In this document: in pieces, positions 12,637 through 23,999 of the stretch | Numbering within the stretch: the first letter of the stretch is position 1 | How the letters are laid out: every line of letters begins with the position of its first letter | Assembly (NCBI GenBank): GCA_002269645.1 | Contig: NIVC01002322.1 | Span: 1 to 64,000 of the forward strand | From: Macrostomum lignano | Taxonomy: Eukaryota | Direction: 5' to 3' | Length of the DNA stretch: 64,000 nucleotides | Program-made: the position numbers and the translations under genes | The notes under the pieces: generated by a model | What the model saw: the letters and a program-made list of their open reading frames with translations, nothing else | What the model was told of the DNA's origin: nothing | Databases searched by the model: none

Positions 12637-13053
12637 ATGCGGTCGCGTTCACAGTCACCTGCCGCCTCATCGAGCCAGTCGGAGAAGATGACAACGGATG
12701 CTCCAGCTCAGCTCCAGCGGGCCCGTCCAGCCAAGAGGAAACGCTCCGCTTCCAGGAGCACCGGCAAGAAACGCTCTGCTTCCAGGACCACCGGCAGGAA
12801 ACGCTCCGCCTCCAGGAGCACCGGCAGGAAACGCTCTGCTTCTAGGGGCACCGGCAGGAAACGCTCTGCTTCCAGGAGCACCGGCGGCAGGAAACGCTCT
12901 GCTTCCAGGGGAACCGGCAGGAAACGCTCCGCTTCTAGGAGCACCGGCAGGAAACGCTCTGCTTCCAAGGCCACTGGCAGGAAGCGCAGCCGAACAGCCA
13001 AGAAGTCATCAGCCAAACGCATGAAGATGGCCGAGAAGAAGCCGACGAAGTGA
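12637..13053 (+). CDS. Protamine-like / sperm nuclear basic protein candidate, copy 1
   Basis: 138 aa, intronless, R/K/S-rich, with 8 decapeptides (R/K)KRSAS(R/K)xTG. TATA-like ctataaat at ~12492. Confidence 0.7.
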   Translation: MRSRSQSPAASSSQSEKMTTDAPAQLQRARPAKRKRSASRSTGKKRSASRTTGRKRSASRSTGRKRSASRGTGRKRSASRSTGGRKRSASRGTGRKRSASRSTGRKRSASKATGRKRSRTAKKSSAKRMKMAEKKPTK

Positions 13054-13819
13054 AATTGGCGAGAGTTAGGCCTCGCTGATTGGCAGTCCACTACCTAAAC
13101 GATACAAGGACTCGGCTCCCATTATTTGCTATTTTTAGTTCAATCATTACCTCAGGAACATTAAAAAATCCACAGTGATTCAATGATACCGGGTATACTG
13201 TGCTTCTTAAACATTTTAGGGATTAAATTGGCCAGACTCTAGGCGAAATAAATAATTTTCCACTTTCTGTTCATGTAGGCAGCAGCTAACAGTCTCGAAT
13301 AAACAGAGAAAGACCAGATATGATTTTAAAAGCTAATGCTCTTAGACGCTTTTTCTTTTTCTTTACTCAAAAAAAGTGATAAAAAACAGCTGCTTATGAG
13401 CTAATGTATGAAAGTATGCAGACCCGAAAGAGGCAATTATGAATTATAACTGAGCTTGAAGTTTCTTCGAGACGAACGTAAAAAGCCCGTGAATAAGCCT
13501 CGGAAAAAGTGCACCATATACAGTATACTCGTATTGTATACGAGTACTTTGCTTCAGATGAAATTACAGTTACTTGTAGTTAAAAACCCTTTTACAGGAG
13601 CGTCGCCTTGGATTATGGTAGGGGGGGGGGCGGACACAGCCAAGAATTCTACATGTACGAGTACATGACTTAATCCCTACATGTATTTTGAGAATAGATG
13701 TTGTTAGCACTTAGTTTGTCGCCCTAAAGCAACGCTATTGATTTCAACAATTGGTTACAAGGTATAGGGTGAGGGGACAAAGCATTGGGATCCCAATACA
13801 CTGCCTATTGATGGGGGTT

Positions 13820-14125
13820 TCATAAACTCGAAGTTTCACAACGTCAAAAGCAACTTCCTTCAAAAGGTCAAAAACTCAATTTGCAGCCGCTATCACAAGA
13901 TCGAATTCAAGAGGTCGAAGTTTCACAACATCGAAAACTTTAGCAAAGGGCTTCATAAGGCTGAAATTGCACGTGGAAAACTATTTTTTCCGCATTGTGA
14001 ATCTTAAGTGGCTGCTATTCAAGTTTTTGGCGTCAAATTTCGACCTTATGAAGTCTCTTGCTAGAGTTTTCGACGTTGTGAAATAACTTGCTTTTCGACA
14101 TGAAATTTCGACCTTGTGAAGGCAC
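13820..14125. mobile_element. Foldback/MITE-like modular inverted repeat (tttcacaac..cgaaaa / ttttcg..gttgtgaaa family)
   Basis: Internal inverted modules. The same motifs occur at ~26330-26640 and 57896-58232. Confidence 0.55.
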
Positions 14126-15694
14126 CCCTATTGATCACATATTGACAACATTGATGTCCTATATATTGATTATCGATAGCTAATCTACAGATCTCGAATA
14201 TTGGGAAATTCTGAAAAGAACCATTTTTACGGTCTAAATACTAAAATCAATTGGGCGAGAAAAAAAAGAATTATTATCAAGATCATATTTTTCAGGGGAA
14301 GTCCTCATATGTATATAGCTAGTGCTTGCTTTAGCATGCTACTCGACAGCTAGAGGTTCGCACAAGGTGTTGCTAGTGCTATATATCGTCCTGAATTTGG
14401 CCTAAATCGCCATGAATTTAATTTAATATTTAACACAATAAACTATGAGATTTGTCAATGACTTGAAATAGGTCAAATGGTTCTTTAATCTAATTCTCTA
14501 GCAATCATTATAGTTTAGCAAATATTTATTAATCAAGGAATTTTTTAGCCAGTGCTCTTGCATTAATTAATTAAGTTAATTAGATTAATATGTCATTGAT
14601 ATATTTGTTATTATATAGTAGGCCTATTCAAATTTGCTCTGTTAAATGCTTGACTGAAATCAAATCAGTTTGAAATTTTCATTTTGTCCTCCTTTATAAA
14701 GTGCTATCTTTCTTTTTTACCTAAACCACAGAGGACAAATTGCTCAATAGATTGTCAACTAAACTGGCCTGATCATTCCCAGCTTCTGCAACTTGTCTAG
14801 CTTGGAATTGACAATAGACTCAAGAGTTTTAAGTGAAAGATAGATACAATATAGCAAAACTTTAAAGTAGATAAGCTCACATCTTGGCCTTGATACCCTT
14901 AATCATAGGTTGTCTCTACTAGTAGACTAGCTATGGCACTGGCTGAGGTCACATTGAAGAGCTTGTCAAGTTCTAATAGGTTTTTATTTAGAAGTCCAAA
15001 TAACTTTAATGCATATACAACAGTCATATCTATATGATATAATTAACTATGAAACCTAATAATGATGGAGAGCATATCTTGCATCTTTAGCCAATGGCCA
15101 TTATAGGCATAACTTAAGCAAGGTTGCAATGGTAACTTAAGTTTTGGGCACAAGTTGAGTAAGTCCCAAATTAGGTTAGCTTATCAAGATAATGCTAAAA
15201 GATATACCAAATTGCTATATTTATCAAATAATGCTATCAAATGGTAATCAAATGATAATTTTTAAAGATAGGCCTATGCTATAAGAAATTGGATATATTA
15301 ATAAATGGTGTTTGTAAGAAACATTTCAATCTCTTAGCTTATAAAAAAAACTAGAATCAATGTAGGTTTTCTACATTTTCTAAATAGGTCTAGCCATAAA
15401 ATATAATTGTATGCTAGTCAAGACTCTTAATACTTTTAAAAAGAATTGGTAGTATATACAAATTGCAATTTGGGTATTATTTTTCTAAAACCAAAATGTT
15501 AGGTTAAGGTATTGGGATCATTTAGCAATACTTATATTCCATAAATCTAATCTGCTGTTAATTGACTTTGGTATTAAGTTATAAAGATATAATAAATCCA
15601 TTTGTTTTAACTATTCTTTATTTTAATTATTATTTTTTTTTGCATTTTTAAATTTCAAGAAATAAATTATAAAAATTTTAGACTGGTTGATAAA

Positions 15695-16860
15695 ATGAAG
15701 TTAACATTGGAGTTTGGAGGTGGAGCAGAATTTCTTGTTGGCAATGTTAAAAAGCATGCAATTGATCTGCCAGATACACAGCAATGTAAATAGTTGGCCA
15801 GTTTAGTGATATTGACTCTTGTTACTATACATGTATCTTAATATAATGTCAACTAGCTGATGACCATGCTTCCATTTTATAGGGACCCTTGGCCAGTTGC
15901 TAGAATGGATCAAAGCTAATAAGCTGCAAGAGAGACCAGAGCTCTTCCTGCAAGGATCTTCTGTGTAAGCTGTTTTCAAACTTGTGTAGTTTTATTTCCT
16001 TGCTTCTGGCACATCTAAACCAGCTCTCTCTGTGTCTTCTATTACTGATTTCAGTCGGCCGGGCATTCTTGTACTAGTGAATGACACTGATTGGGAATTG
16101 CTGGTAAGCTATACTGAGCAATGGGGGGAGGGGTAAAGCAGTTCAGCAATAAATGCGTCCGCAGCTCTCATGCCACAACCAGTTCCATGCGTGGCAATGT
16201 TAATTTGTGACATGTGTATGGGGTTGTCTTGCAGTTCACACCCATGTGCACAGAATACCACAATGCTCATTCAGGCACCCTGAAGAAAAATCTCAATGCG
16301 AATTCATTTTGTGCTACTCTTCTCGTAAAGCTGTGGTAAAGTAGTAGGGAGAAGAATCACCATAGACGATATCACACTCGCATGGGCTTGTGATTTTTGC
16401 TTTGTGTTTTTAAGAAAGAGCCACATTCTTTTATTCTGCGACGAAAAGCAGTGCAGGTAGAAGTCTCAAGCCTATTCAGTGCCCATAAGGGCAAACCCTC
16501 AAGTCACAAAGAGTGTACACATGCATAACAGTTTGAAAAATTCGGTCCGTTGTACACCCCGTGTGAGCGCGTGCTGTGCCCTACTTACAGTATTTGCGCG
16601 TTTGTATGTGCTCAGGAGTGAGCGGAATGGGCAGAAATGCCTCGCTACTGGTTGTGGGATAATGTTGCCAAATGCTTTTTGCCAGGTTTCCCGCGGCCCT
16701 CCTGTGAATGAATTGTTTAATAATCTTAGCAACTAAAATATAGGTCTGCTAGCAACTCTGTGTCAAATGTCACTGTTTTCATCTATTTTAGGGCGAGCTC
16801 TCCTATCAGCTGAAGGACAATGACGATGTGGTATTCATATCAACTCTGCACGGCGGTTAA
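15695..16860 (+). CDS. URM1: Ubiquitin-related modifier 1
   Basis: Exons 15695-15785, 15883-15964, 16055-16103, 16792-16860 (all GT-AG) give MKLTLEFGGGAEFLV...[50 protein letters not shown]. Missed by the ORF track. Confidence 0.97.
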
Positions 16861-17589
16861 AATTATTGCCATCAATGACTTCGATTCAATTTGAAGTGAT
16901 AATTTCTGCAATTAAATGTAAATATTGATTCTCACTGTCTTCAACACAAAAAATTTACTGTCATTTGCTGTCCTTAAAATATTTTATATTGTTGTTGTAG
17001 CTGGAAAGACGAGTGTGATTAGTTAAAACAGGAGGTACCTCCATTCAATAGCATCAATGGACCATATGAATAAATCACAATGTGAGAAGCTGGTGTAACG
17101 CAAAATAGACACAGTCAGTGGCGTACGCAGGGGAGGGGGTAACGGAGGTTTGTGTACCGAGATTAGTGGTGCGGAGAAGCTGAGTAGCACTTTCCGCTAC
17201 TCCACCTTTTACTGGGCAGGCTATAAAACTGTCCTTTATTGTTGCAACTGGACACAATAGGTGTCTGCTTTTATCGGGTTCGTTTTGTTTACATTTTAAT
17301 TCCATTGAAACAATTCCCTATGGTGCCAGGTCCCATGGATATAGCAAATTTATATTCGCTAGCCACTGCGGTTAATATGAAAATCATAAAAATGTTTAAA
17401 TATAATGGCTTCAATCCTTCTTTAAAAACGATCTTGTTTTCTGTGCGTAAGCACAAGATTAACAAATTGGAGTAATCGTTCAGTTGCGAGATCTGCCTAC
17501 CATCTTTCTTTTCCCAGATCTATGGGATTGGGATAATGTAGTTGTAGCTCGGTGTGAAAGTATCCAAATGAATTTAGTTTACTTATAGG

Positions 17590-18045
17590 AACAATAACAA
17601 CAACAGAATACGCAGTTAGCGTCACAGGGCGCGCCTCAAGGCCAGGTCGCGAATGAACGCCACGCCGCCGGCCGAATCCGGGGCGCCGGCGTCAGCCAGC
17701 AGGCAGTCGACATCACAGCTTAGGTCGAGCGCTAGCTTTGCCAGTGCCCCTCTCCGCCAGGCGGCCTTGGGCGTGCGGCAGTTCAGCGTCCCGACCCGAA
17801 GCGTGCCATGCGGTACGGCTGGAACTTGATATAGATGAGCCTATTGGTCCCTGGCGCCACGCAGAAGATCCGTATGGGCCAGCACGGCAGCAGCTCGGTG
17901 GGAAGCACCACGTCGCCGACCGCGCCGATTTCGCTCACGCGGACGCTCGCTCCGCCGCCCTCGTTTGTTGGTCCTGCCGCTGTTGGCCGCCGCAGCAGTT
18001 AAGCGCGGCTCACCGCCCTGACCACTTGGAGGTAGCGACATTTAC
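17590..18045 (-). mobile_element. Internally deleted non-autonomous RTE-like element (endonuclease N-terminus fused to RT C-terminus)
   Basis: The minus strand reads TLRVGTLNCRT..LALDLSCD|VDCLLADAGAPDSAGGVAFIRDLALRRAL*, then a short (ttg) tail. Its 3' part is homologous to the 3' end of the 10483-11492 element. Confidence 0.8.
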
Positions 18046-18531
18046 TTGCACCAATGTGTAAATTTATTGGCACCTATAGGAAAAATCATCCTTTGCAGTA
18101 GCTAGCCTAAATTACGGTAAAAACCATTGTTATAAAGCTGTAATCTAAAGATTTTATGAATATTTTAGAATACATCAGCGCTAAACTCTCGAAATTAGGT
18201 ACCTATGCTTTTTCTTCATCCGGATTGTTAGCAAACAATCGAGCAGCTTTACTTAATTAACTTTATGAAAAGGCGAGTAAAGATATCGGTACATAAATAG
18301 CTTTTTCATCTGTCTTATCTTCTGACTAAAACATTTCGCAAGAATTTTTAAAGACAAGAAGAAACTTTGCGCCAAAAATTGAAGAAGTATTCATTCTTTA
18401 TTTGTCGCAGCGAAGGGCTCCTAACGCACAAGAATCCACGTATAATGTTCATATCATAGATTTGGTTCTATCAGAACCCATTCACTAACTAAAACGTCGC
18501 AATCTTGTGGTCTTTTAGAGTCGCATCACTT

Positions 18532-19588
18532 TCACTCGCTATCCTCCTCGGGAGTTGGAGATGGGCGCGGCCTTCGTGGACGGTTCTCTCTCTTTTCGTC
18601 ATCCTCCTCGGGAGTTGGAGATGGACGCGGCCTTGGACGGTTCTCCCTCTTGTCGTCATCCTCAGGAGTTGGAGATGGACGCGGCCTTGGACGGTTCTCC
18701 CTCTTGTCGTCATCCTCCTCAGGAGTTGGAGATGGACGCAGCCTTGGACGGTTCTCCCTCTTGTCGTCATCCTCCTCAGGAGTTGGAGATGGGCGTGGCC
18801 TTGGACGGTTCTCTCTCTTGTCGTCGTCATCACTATCGTCCTCATCATCATCCTCCTCAGGAGTTGGAGATGGACGCGGCCTCGATGGACACGGCCTTGA
18901 ATGACGGTTCTCCCTCTTGTCGTCATCCTCCTCAGGAGTTGGAGATGGACGCGGCCTTGGACGGTTCTCCCTCTTGTCGTCATCCTCCTCGGGAGTTGGA
19001 GATGGACGCGGCCTTGGACGGTTCTCTCTCTTGTCGTCATCCTCCTCAGGAGTTGGAGATGGGCGTGGCCTTGGACGGTTCTCTCTCTTGTCGTCGTCAT
19101 CACTATCGTCCTCATCATCATCCTCTTCAGGAGTTGGAGATGGACGCGGCCTCGATGGACACGGCCTTGAATGACGGTTCTCTCTCTTGTCGTCGTCATC
19201 ACTATCGTCCTCATCATCATCCTCCTCAGGAGTTGGAGATGGACGCGGCCTCGATGGACACGGCCTTGAATGACGGTTCTCTCTCTTGTCGTCATCCTCC
19301 TCGGGAGTTGGAGATGCACGCGGCCTTGGACGGTTCTCTCTCTTGTCGTCATGCTCCTCGGGAGTTGGGGATGGCGGCGGCCTTGGTGGACGGTTCTCCC
19401 TCTTGCTTGCATCCTCCTCAGGAGTTGGAGATGGAGGAGGTCTTGGCATCTGTAATATTTCCCATTTTTCATTGATTTTTGCACTCTGGTAGAGGGCTTC
19501 TCCAAAGTTATTGCATTTCAGAAACAGTCGAATTTATTACCGCAGCAGCCACTGCAATTGTCACCAGAAGAAGCACAATCAACTTCAT
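18532..19588 (-). CDS. Secreted multi-copy peptide precursor (signal peptide plus 14 Pro/Arg-rich segments separated by 13 KR sites)
   Basis: TATA (tatataaa) at ~19669-19676. Exon 1 19588-19541 encodes MKLIVLLLVTIAVAAA, followed by GT..AG intron 19540-19450. Exon 2 19449-18532 encodes (KR-ENRPRPRPSPTPEEDDD)n. Confidence 0.8.
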
Positions 19589-20311
19589 GTTCTCAGGAGT
19601 AAAGATTTGACCAGCTGTAATTTGACCAAACTCAAACTCCAAAGATTTGGTTGATTTCTGCTGGTACATTTATATAGACAGCCAGCTCCGATTTTCTCCA
19701 GTGATCTCACAATGCCTGTTTACTCAGACTGAAAGTCGTCGCTTTGTTTCCACGTGCTCAAAATCTTTTGTTTATGTCATTGTTTCTTTCTCTGCTTTAT
19801 TTTTAAGAAAAACTGCTGTATCGTCAAAATCTAGATTATGAAAAGAATTGCAACAAGTAAAACAATGACTTATTCTCTGAGACGAAGCTGTCAATGGATA
19901 AAATCCGTTTTGGGTATTGTTTCGCTGAGACTTTGGGATATCATGTGGCTCTCGATGAATAATAGACTTGAATAACAGAATAAGACTTAGCCTAGTCTCA
20001 GAAATTCTTTCAGTTTGAGCACCAGGTGGAAGTTAAGAATTGTCAATAGAAGCATTTTCATTTATTCAACTCTGGTCTTTGAGAACAAAATGGATTTTTG
20101 ATCGTCTATTTTTAGCCTCAACCCGAAGAAAGTTTGTGCCTGATCGATGTTTTCAGCTTACGCTTACCAAAGAAAGTTTCAATGGTCACGTGGGTCTTGA
20201 CTTACTTGACTTAGCTGCAGGGGGCGTCCGGCGGATGCAGCGGGGAGGCGGAGGAGACCGCCCATTCCGCTAGCCCCTGGCGACCAACGACTTCCGTTGA
20301 AGTGGTGTCGC

Positions 20312-23300
20312 TCAGGGGGACCCGTCGGTCTCGCCTGCAGCGCGGTCCTCCTCACCGGCGGTGGGGAAGAAGTCAGCTCGTCCCGTGTCCCTGAGGTACC
20401 GGGCGAGCAGCGGGATGCTCTCGGGCCTGCAAACGTCGGAGAGAACCGGGTTAGGCCCTAGGTGAGTGAGCCTGGCCCTGGTGAAGACCGGGCAGTGGCA
20501 GATAAAATGCTCGGCGTTTTCACTGCCTGAGCGGCAGAAGGGGCACCGCTCCTCGGGTACTTGGCCCTGAAGGAAGCGGTGGCGAGAGAAGCAGCCATGC
20601 CCGGAGAGGGCCATGCTAACTGCTCTGAGGTCTCTGCGGTTGAGCCTGAGGAGGGCCCTACGCAGGAGAGGGGAGGGGCAGGGGACAGCAGCGCGGGATT
20701 GCCTACAATTCCGGGTGTCGTGCCACCTGCGGAGATGCTCGGAGTCAGCCCAGCGCTTAACGCGGGAGTTGATCACCGAGGCGGGGATGGGGGCACCCGG
20801 GCCCGGCCCCAGCAGCGCGCCGGCGGAGCCAGCCTTGACCAGCAGGTCAGCGCGCTCGTTGCCGAGGAAGCCGGCGTGGCCCGGGATCCATCTGAGCTCC
20901 ACCTGGTTGCCTAGCGCAAGCCCGTTGAGCTGGGTGTTGCAGTCCAGGACGGACCTGGAGCTGGCGGTGCTGCGGCAGAAGGGCTACTTGGCTGTCAGAG
21001 TGAAAAATAAATTTCCGACCGCTAAGCTGCCTTCGGCGCAGCTCTGCCGCGCAGGAGCTGATGGCAAGCACCTCGCTCTGAAAAACACTGGAGTTGAGCC
21101 CAGTGTGCTGGGAGTAGCTCCACACCACTTCTCCCTTGAAGAAGACGCAAGCTCCGAAGCCTGAGAGACCATGCCTCATAGAGCCGTCAGTGTAACAGTG
21201 GACTTCAGAATCGTTCCAGCTGTCACTCGCCTCGTGTCGAGGCTGAATAGTGACCTTATACCTTTGGCTCAGGAGAAGGGTGGCTGGGATCGAGTCCGTG
21301 GGAATGTTAAGCCCGCCACACTCATCGAGAGCCTTGAGGCAGAGGTCAGAGTGCGGGATAAGCGACCGCTTCTTAAAGGCCCGCACTTTCTTGAAGGCCA
21401 CCCCAGCATCCAGAAGACGCCGGGTGCTCTTCGCGGCCTCTCCTTTGATATAAATATCCAGAGGAGGGGCACAGAGGAAGGCATTCATGCCTTCAAAAGT
21501 AGAGGGTGGAGCGCCCATAGTCATGCGGCAGGCTCTGCCCTGGATTTTGTAGAGAGCGTCGTGGTTGCTCTTGACGCTCAGGCCGCTAGCCCACACGAGG
21601 CTGGCGTAACTGATCGAGGGGCGGATGATGGCAGTGTAAATCCACCACAGCTTCCTGGGGGTGAGCCCCCAGGTGGTGCCCACGGCGCGCCTGATCTGAG
21701 CCAGGACAGCCAGGGCTTTTTTGGCTTTCGTTTGAATGTGCGGGGTCCAGTTAAGCCTGTGGTCCAAAGTGAGGCCCAGGCAGCGGACCTGCTTCTCCAT
21801 GGAAATATCCTTTCCATAGAGGGTGAGGGGCTTAATGGTCCAGAGCAGTTTGTTGGTAAACATGACCGCTGTGGTCTTCGACTCTGAGAGTCTAAGGCCA
21901 CATTGGTTTGCCCAGCGCTCCGCTCGATCCAGAAAGCCTTGCAGAAGGTCTCTGATGGTATCAACCGAGGGGCCCGCGCATATTGCGGTCACATCATCGG
22001 CATAGCCCACCTTGAGAATGGGGTCGTGGAGATCACTGCAAAGCAACTCATCCATGACCATGTTCCAGAGAACGGGGGTGAGAACTCCGCCCTGGGGGCC
22101 CCCTTTCTGGACAGGCGCCGAAAGAGAGCTGCCGTTCAGGTGGGCCACAACAGTGCGGTTTCGGATCATGAACATGATCCACCGGACAAGGTGAGGGTGC
22201 GTGGCCCTGGATTCCAGGGCTCTGCAAAAGGCCTCGAAGATGACGTTGTCGAAGGCCCCCTCAATGTCCAGGAAAAGCAAGAGGGCAAAGCCGCTGCCAA
22301 GAACGGCCCTCTCCAGGAAGTCAACAATGACATGGAGGGCACTCTCGGTAGACCTGCCCGCGCGGAAGGCGTGCTGGTTCTGCGAGAGTGGGAAGCGCTT
22401 CAGCTCGACCGAAAGTAGGCGCCAAAGCACCAGTCTCTCGAGGAGCTTGAGGCAGAAAGAAGTGAGGCTGATAGGCCTGAAGGCCTTCACCGATTGATAG
22501 TCGCTCTTTCCAGGCTTGGGGATAAAGACCACCCGGGCCTCTCTCCACGCAACTGGTACAGCCCAGCTCCACACAAGCTCGAAGGAGACGACAGAGCAGG
22601 TCCAGGAAGCGGTGGTTCTTCACCGCCTCGTGCAAGAACGCTGGGTAGATGCCGTCGGGCCCAGGCGCCTTGAACTGGTTAAAGGACCTTGCCGCTCTAA
22701 TAATGCGGTCTTTGGTGATTATAGACTTTGCTAGGCCTTGCCCTCCCACTGTGTGGTCAGGCGGGCCCTGCTGAGTCGGAGATTTAGGGAAGAAACTGTT
22801 GAGCATTAGCTCTAGAGTCTCTTCCGAGTTCTCTGTGACTGAGCCATCAGGTCTCTTCACAACAGAGAGTTTAGAAAAACGGTCGTTAGTGAGTGCCTTA
22901 ACCACGCGGGCTACGGGGCGAGAGCCCTCAAGCCCTTCGCAATATTGGCGCCACTTGGCCGTCTTGGCCCTTCTGACTTGGCCCTTAAACTCGTGGATCG
23001 CACGGGTATAGGCCTCTCTGTCAGATGGGTCTTTGGTTTTGAGCGCTCGCCTTTGGAGGGTCCTGGCTCGGCGCCGTAGGGCCCCGAGCTCTGGGTTCCA
23101 CCAGGGAGCAGATTTCTTGCCTTTATAGGCTTTTAGAGGGCAGGCTGCTTCAAAGGCAGTGGTGATCGCCCCGCCCAGGGAGGAGGCGAGATCATCCACC
23201 ACCTGGCAGTCAGAGAGGTCACTGGGGGGTCAAGATCCCGAATGCCGCGGCTCAGCTTCGAGCCAAAGGCGGCCCAATCGGTGTTCCTGACGTTCCGACT

Positions 23301-23999
23301 CCAAGTGACCTTAGGCTTTTGCTTGGTCGGCCCAATGCAAAAGCGGATAAAGCGGTGGTCCGAGAGTGAGTCCTCGTCCCACACTCGCCAGCCCGTGACT
23401 TCGGAAAGCAGTCCGGGTGAGGCGATGGTGGTGTCAATGACTTCGGCCCACCACCCATAATTGAACGTTGGTGCATTGCCCACGTTACAGAAATTGAGGT
23501 TTGTGCTGCTGACGTAGGCCAGCAGCTCCTCGCCTCTGTTATTGGTGTTCTTGCTGCCCCAATGCAGGTGGTGTGCGTTCACATCCCCTGCAATGAGCAG
23601 CTCGAACCGGCGGGACGCGGCGTAGTCAATGAGGTTGACTAGTGCGTCGCAGACTACTGGGGCATCGCCTGGGAAATAGGCGGATGCTACCAGCACAGGT
23701 TTATTTGGAATGAGGTTATTGATTTGAACAACACAGATGTCCCCAGTCGAGAGATCAGGTCTCATCCATGCCTCAAAAGCTTTTGCAGCAAAGACCAGAG
23801 ATCTTGGGCGAGGCTGAGAGCCCGCCATGCAAAAACAGTGGTAGCCAGATGGCACATTATTTGGCTTACCTTAAGTCATCCAGGGCTCCTGCACGAAGAC
23901 CAGGCCCGGAAGCTGTTGCTCTGTCGTGCGCATCAGGTTGACTGACGCCGCCACGCAGTGCTGGGTGTTGATCTGCAGACACCAGGTAGCCACTGGCAT
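20312..23999 (-). pseudogene. LINE ORF2 (AP endonuclease, reverse transcriptase, RNase H, C-terminal CCHC) with one premature stop and ~3 frameshifts
   Basis: APE: LQINTQHC..S, VQEPW, GDVNAHH..WGS, SLSDH. RT: IPKPGK..RPISLTS, FLDIEGAFDN, GGPQGGVL, YADD. RNase H: YTDGS, QSEVLAI, SDSQ, WIPGHAG..GNERAD. Knuckle: CPFC..ENAEHFICHC. Confidence 0.92.

Larger units (their letters stand above)
9275..14355 (+). repeat. Left arm of large inverted duplication
   Basis: Reverse complement of 26092-31464. Identical ORF translations appear on opposite strands in the ORF track (e.g. 12481+ vs 27402-, 11380+ vs 28647-). Confidence 0.97.

Noticed and set aside
14320-14355. CTAG and short palindromes at the inner arm end suggesting a Helitron 3' terminus
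   Set aside because: Homology extends 2 nt beyond CTAG, there is no A/T insertion site, no proper GC-rich hairpin, and no matching 5' TC end.
17116-17370. Possible MITE with cagtggc(g)ta termini
   Set aside because: The TIR match is short and no TSD was found.
18489-19505. Alternative-frame ORFs over the secreted precursor (338 aa minus, 306 aa plus)
   Set aside because: Shadow frames of the repeat. Only the 18532-19449 frame joins a signal-peptide exon via GT-AG.
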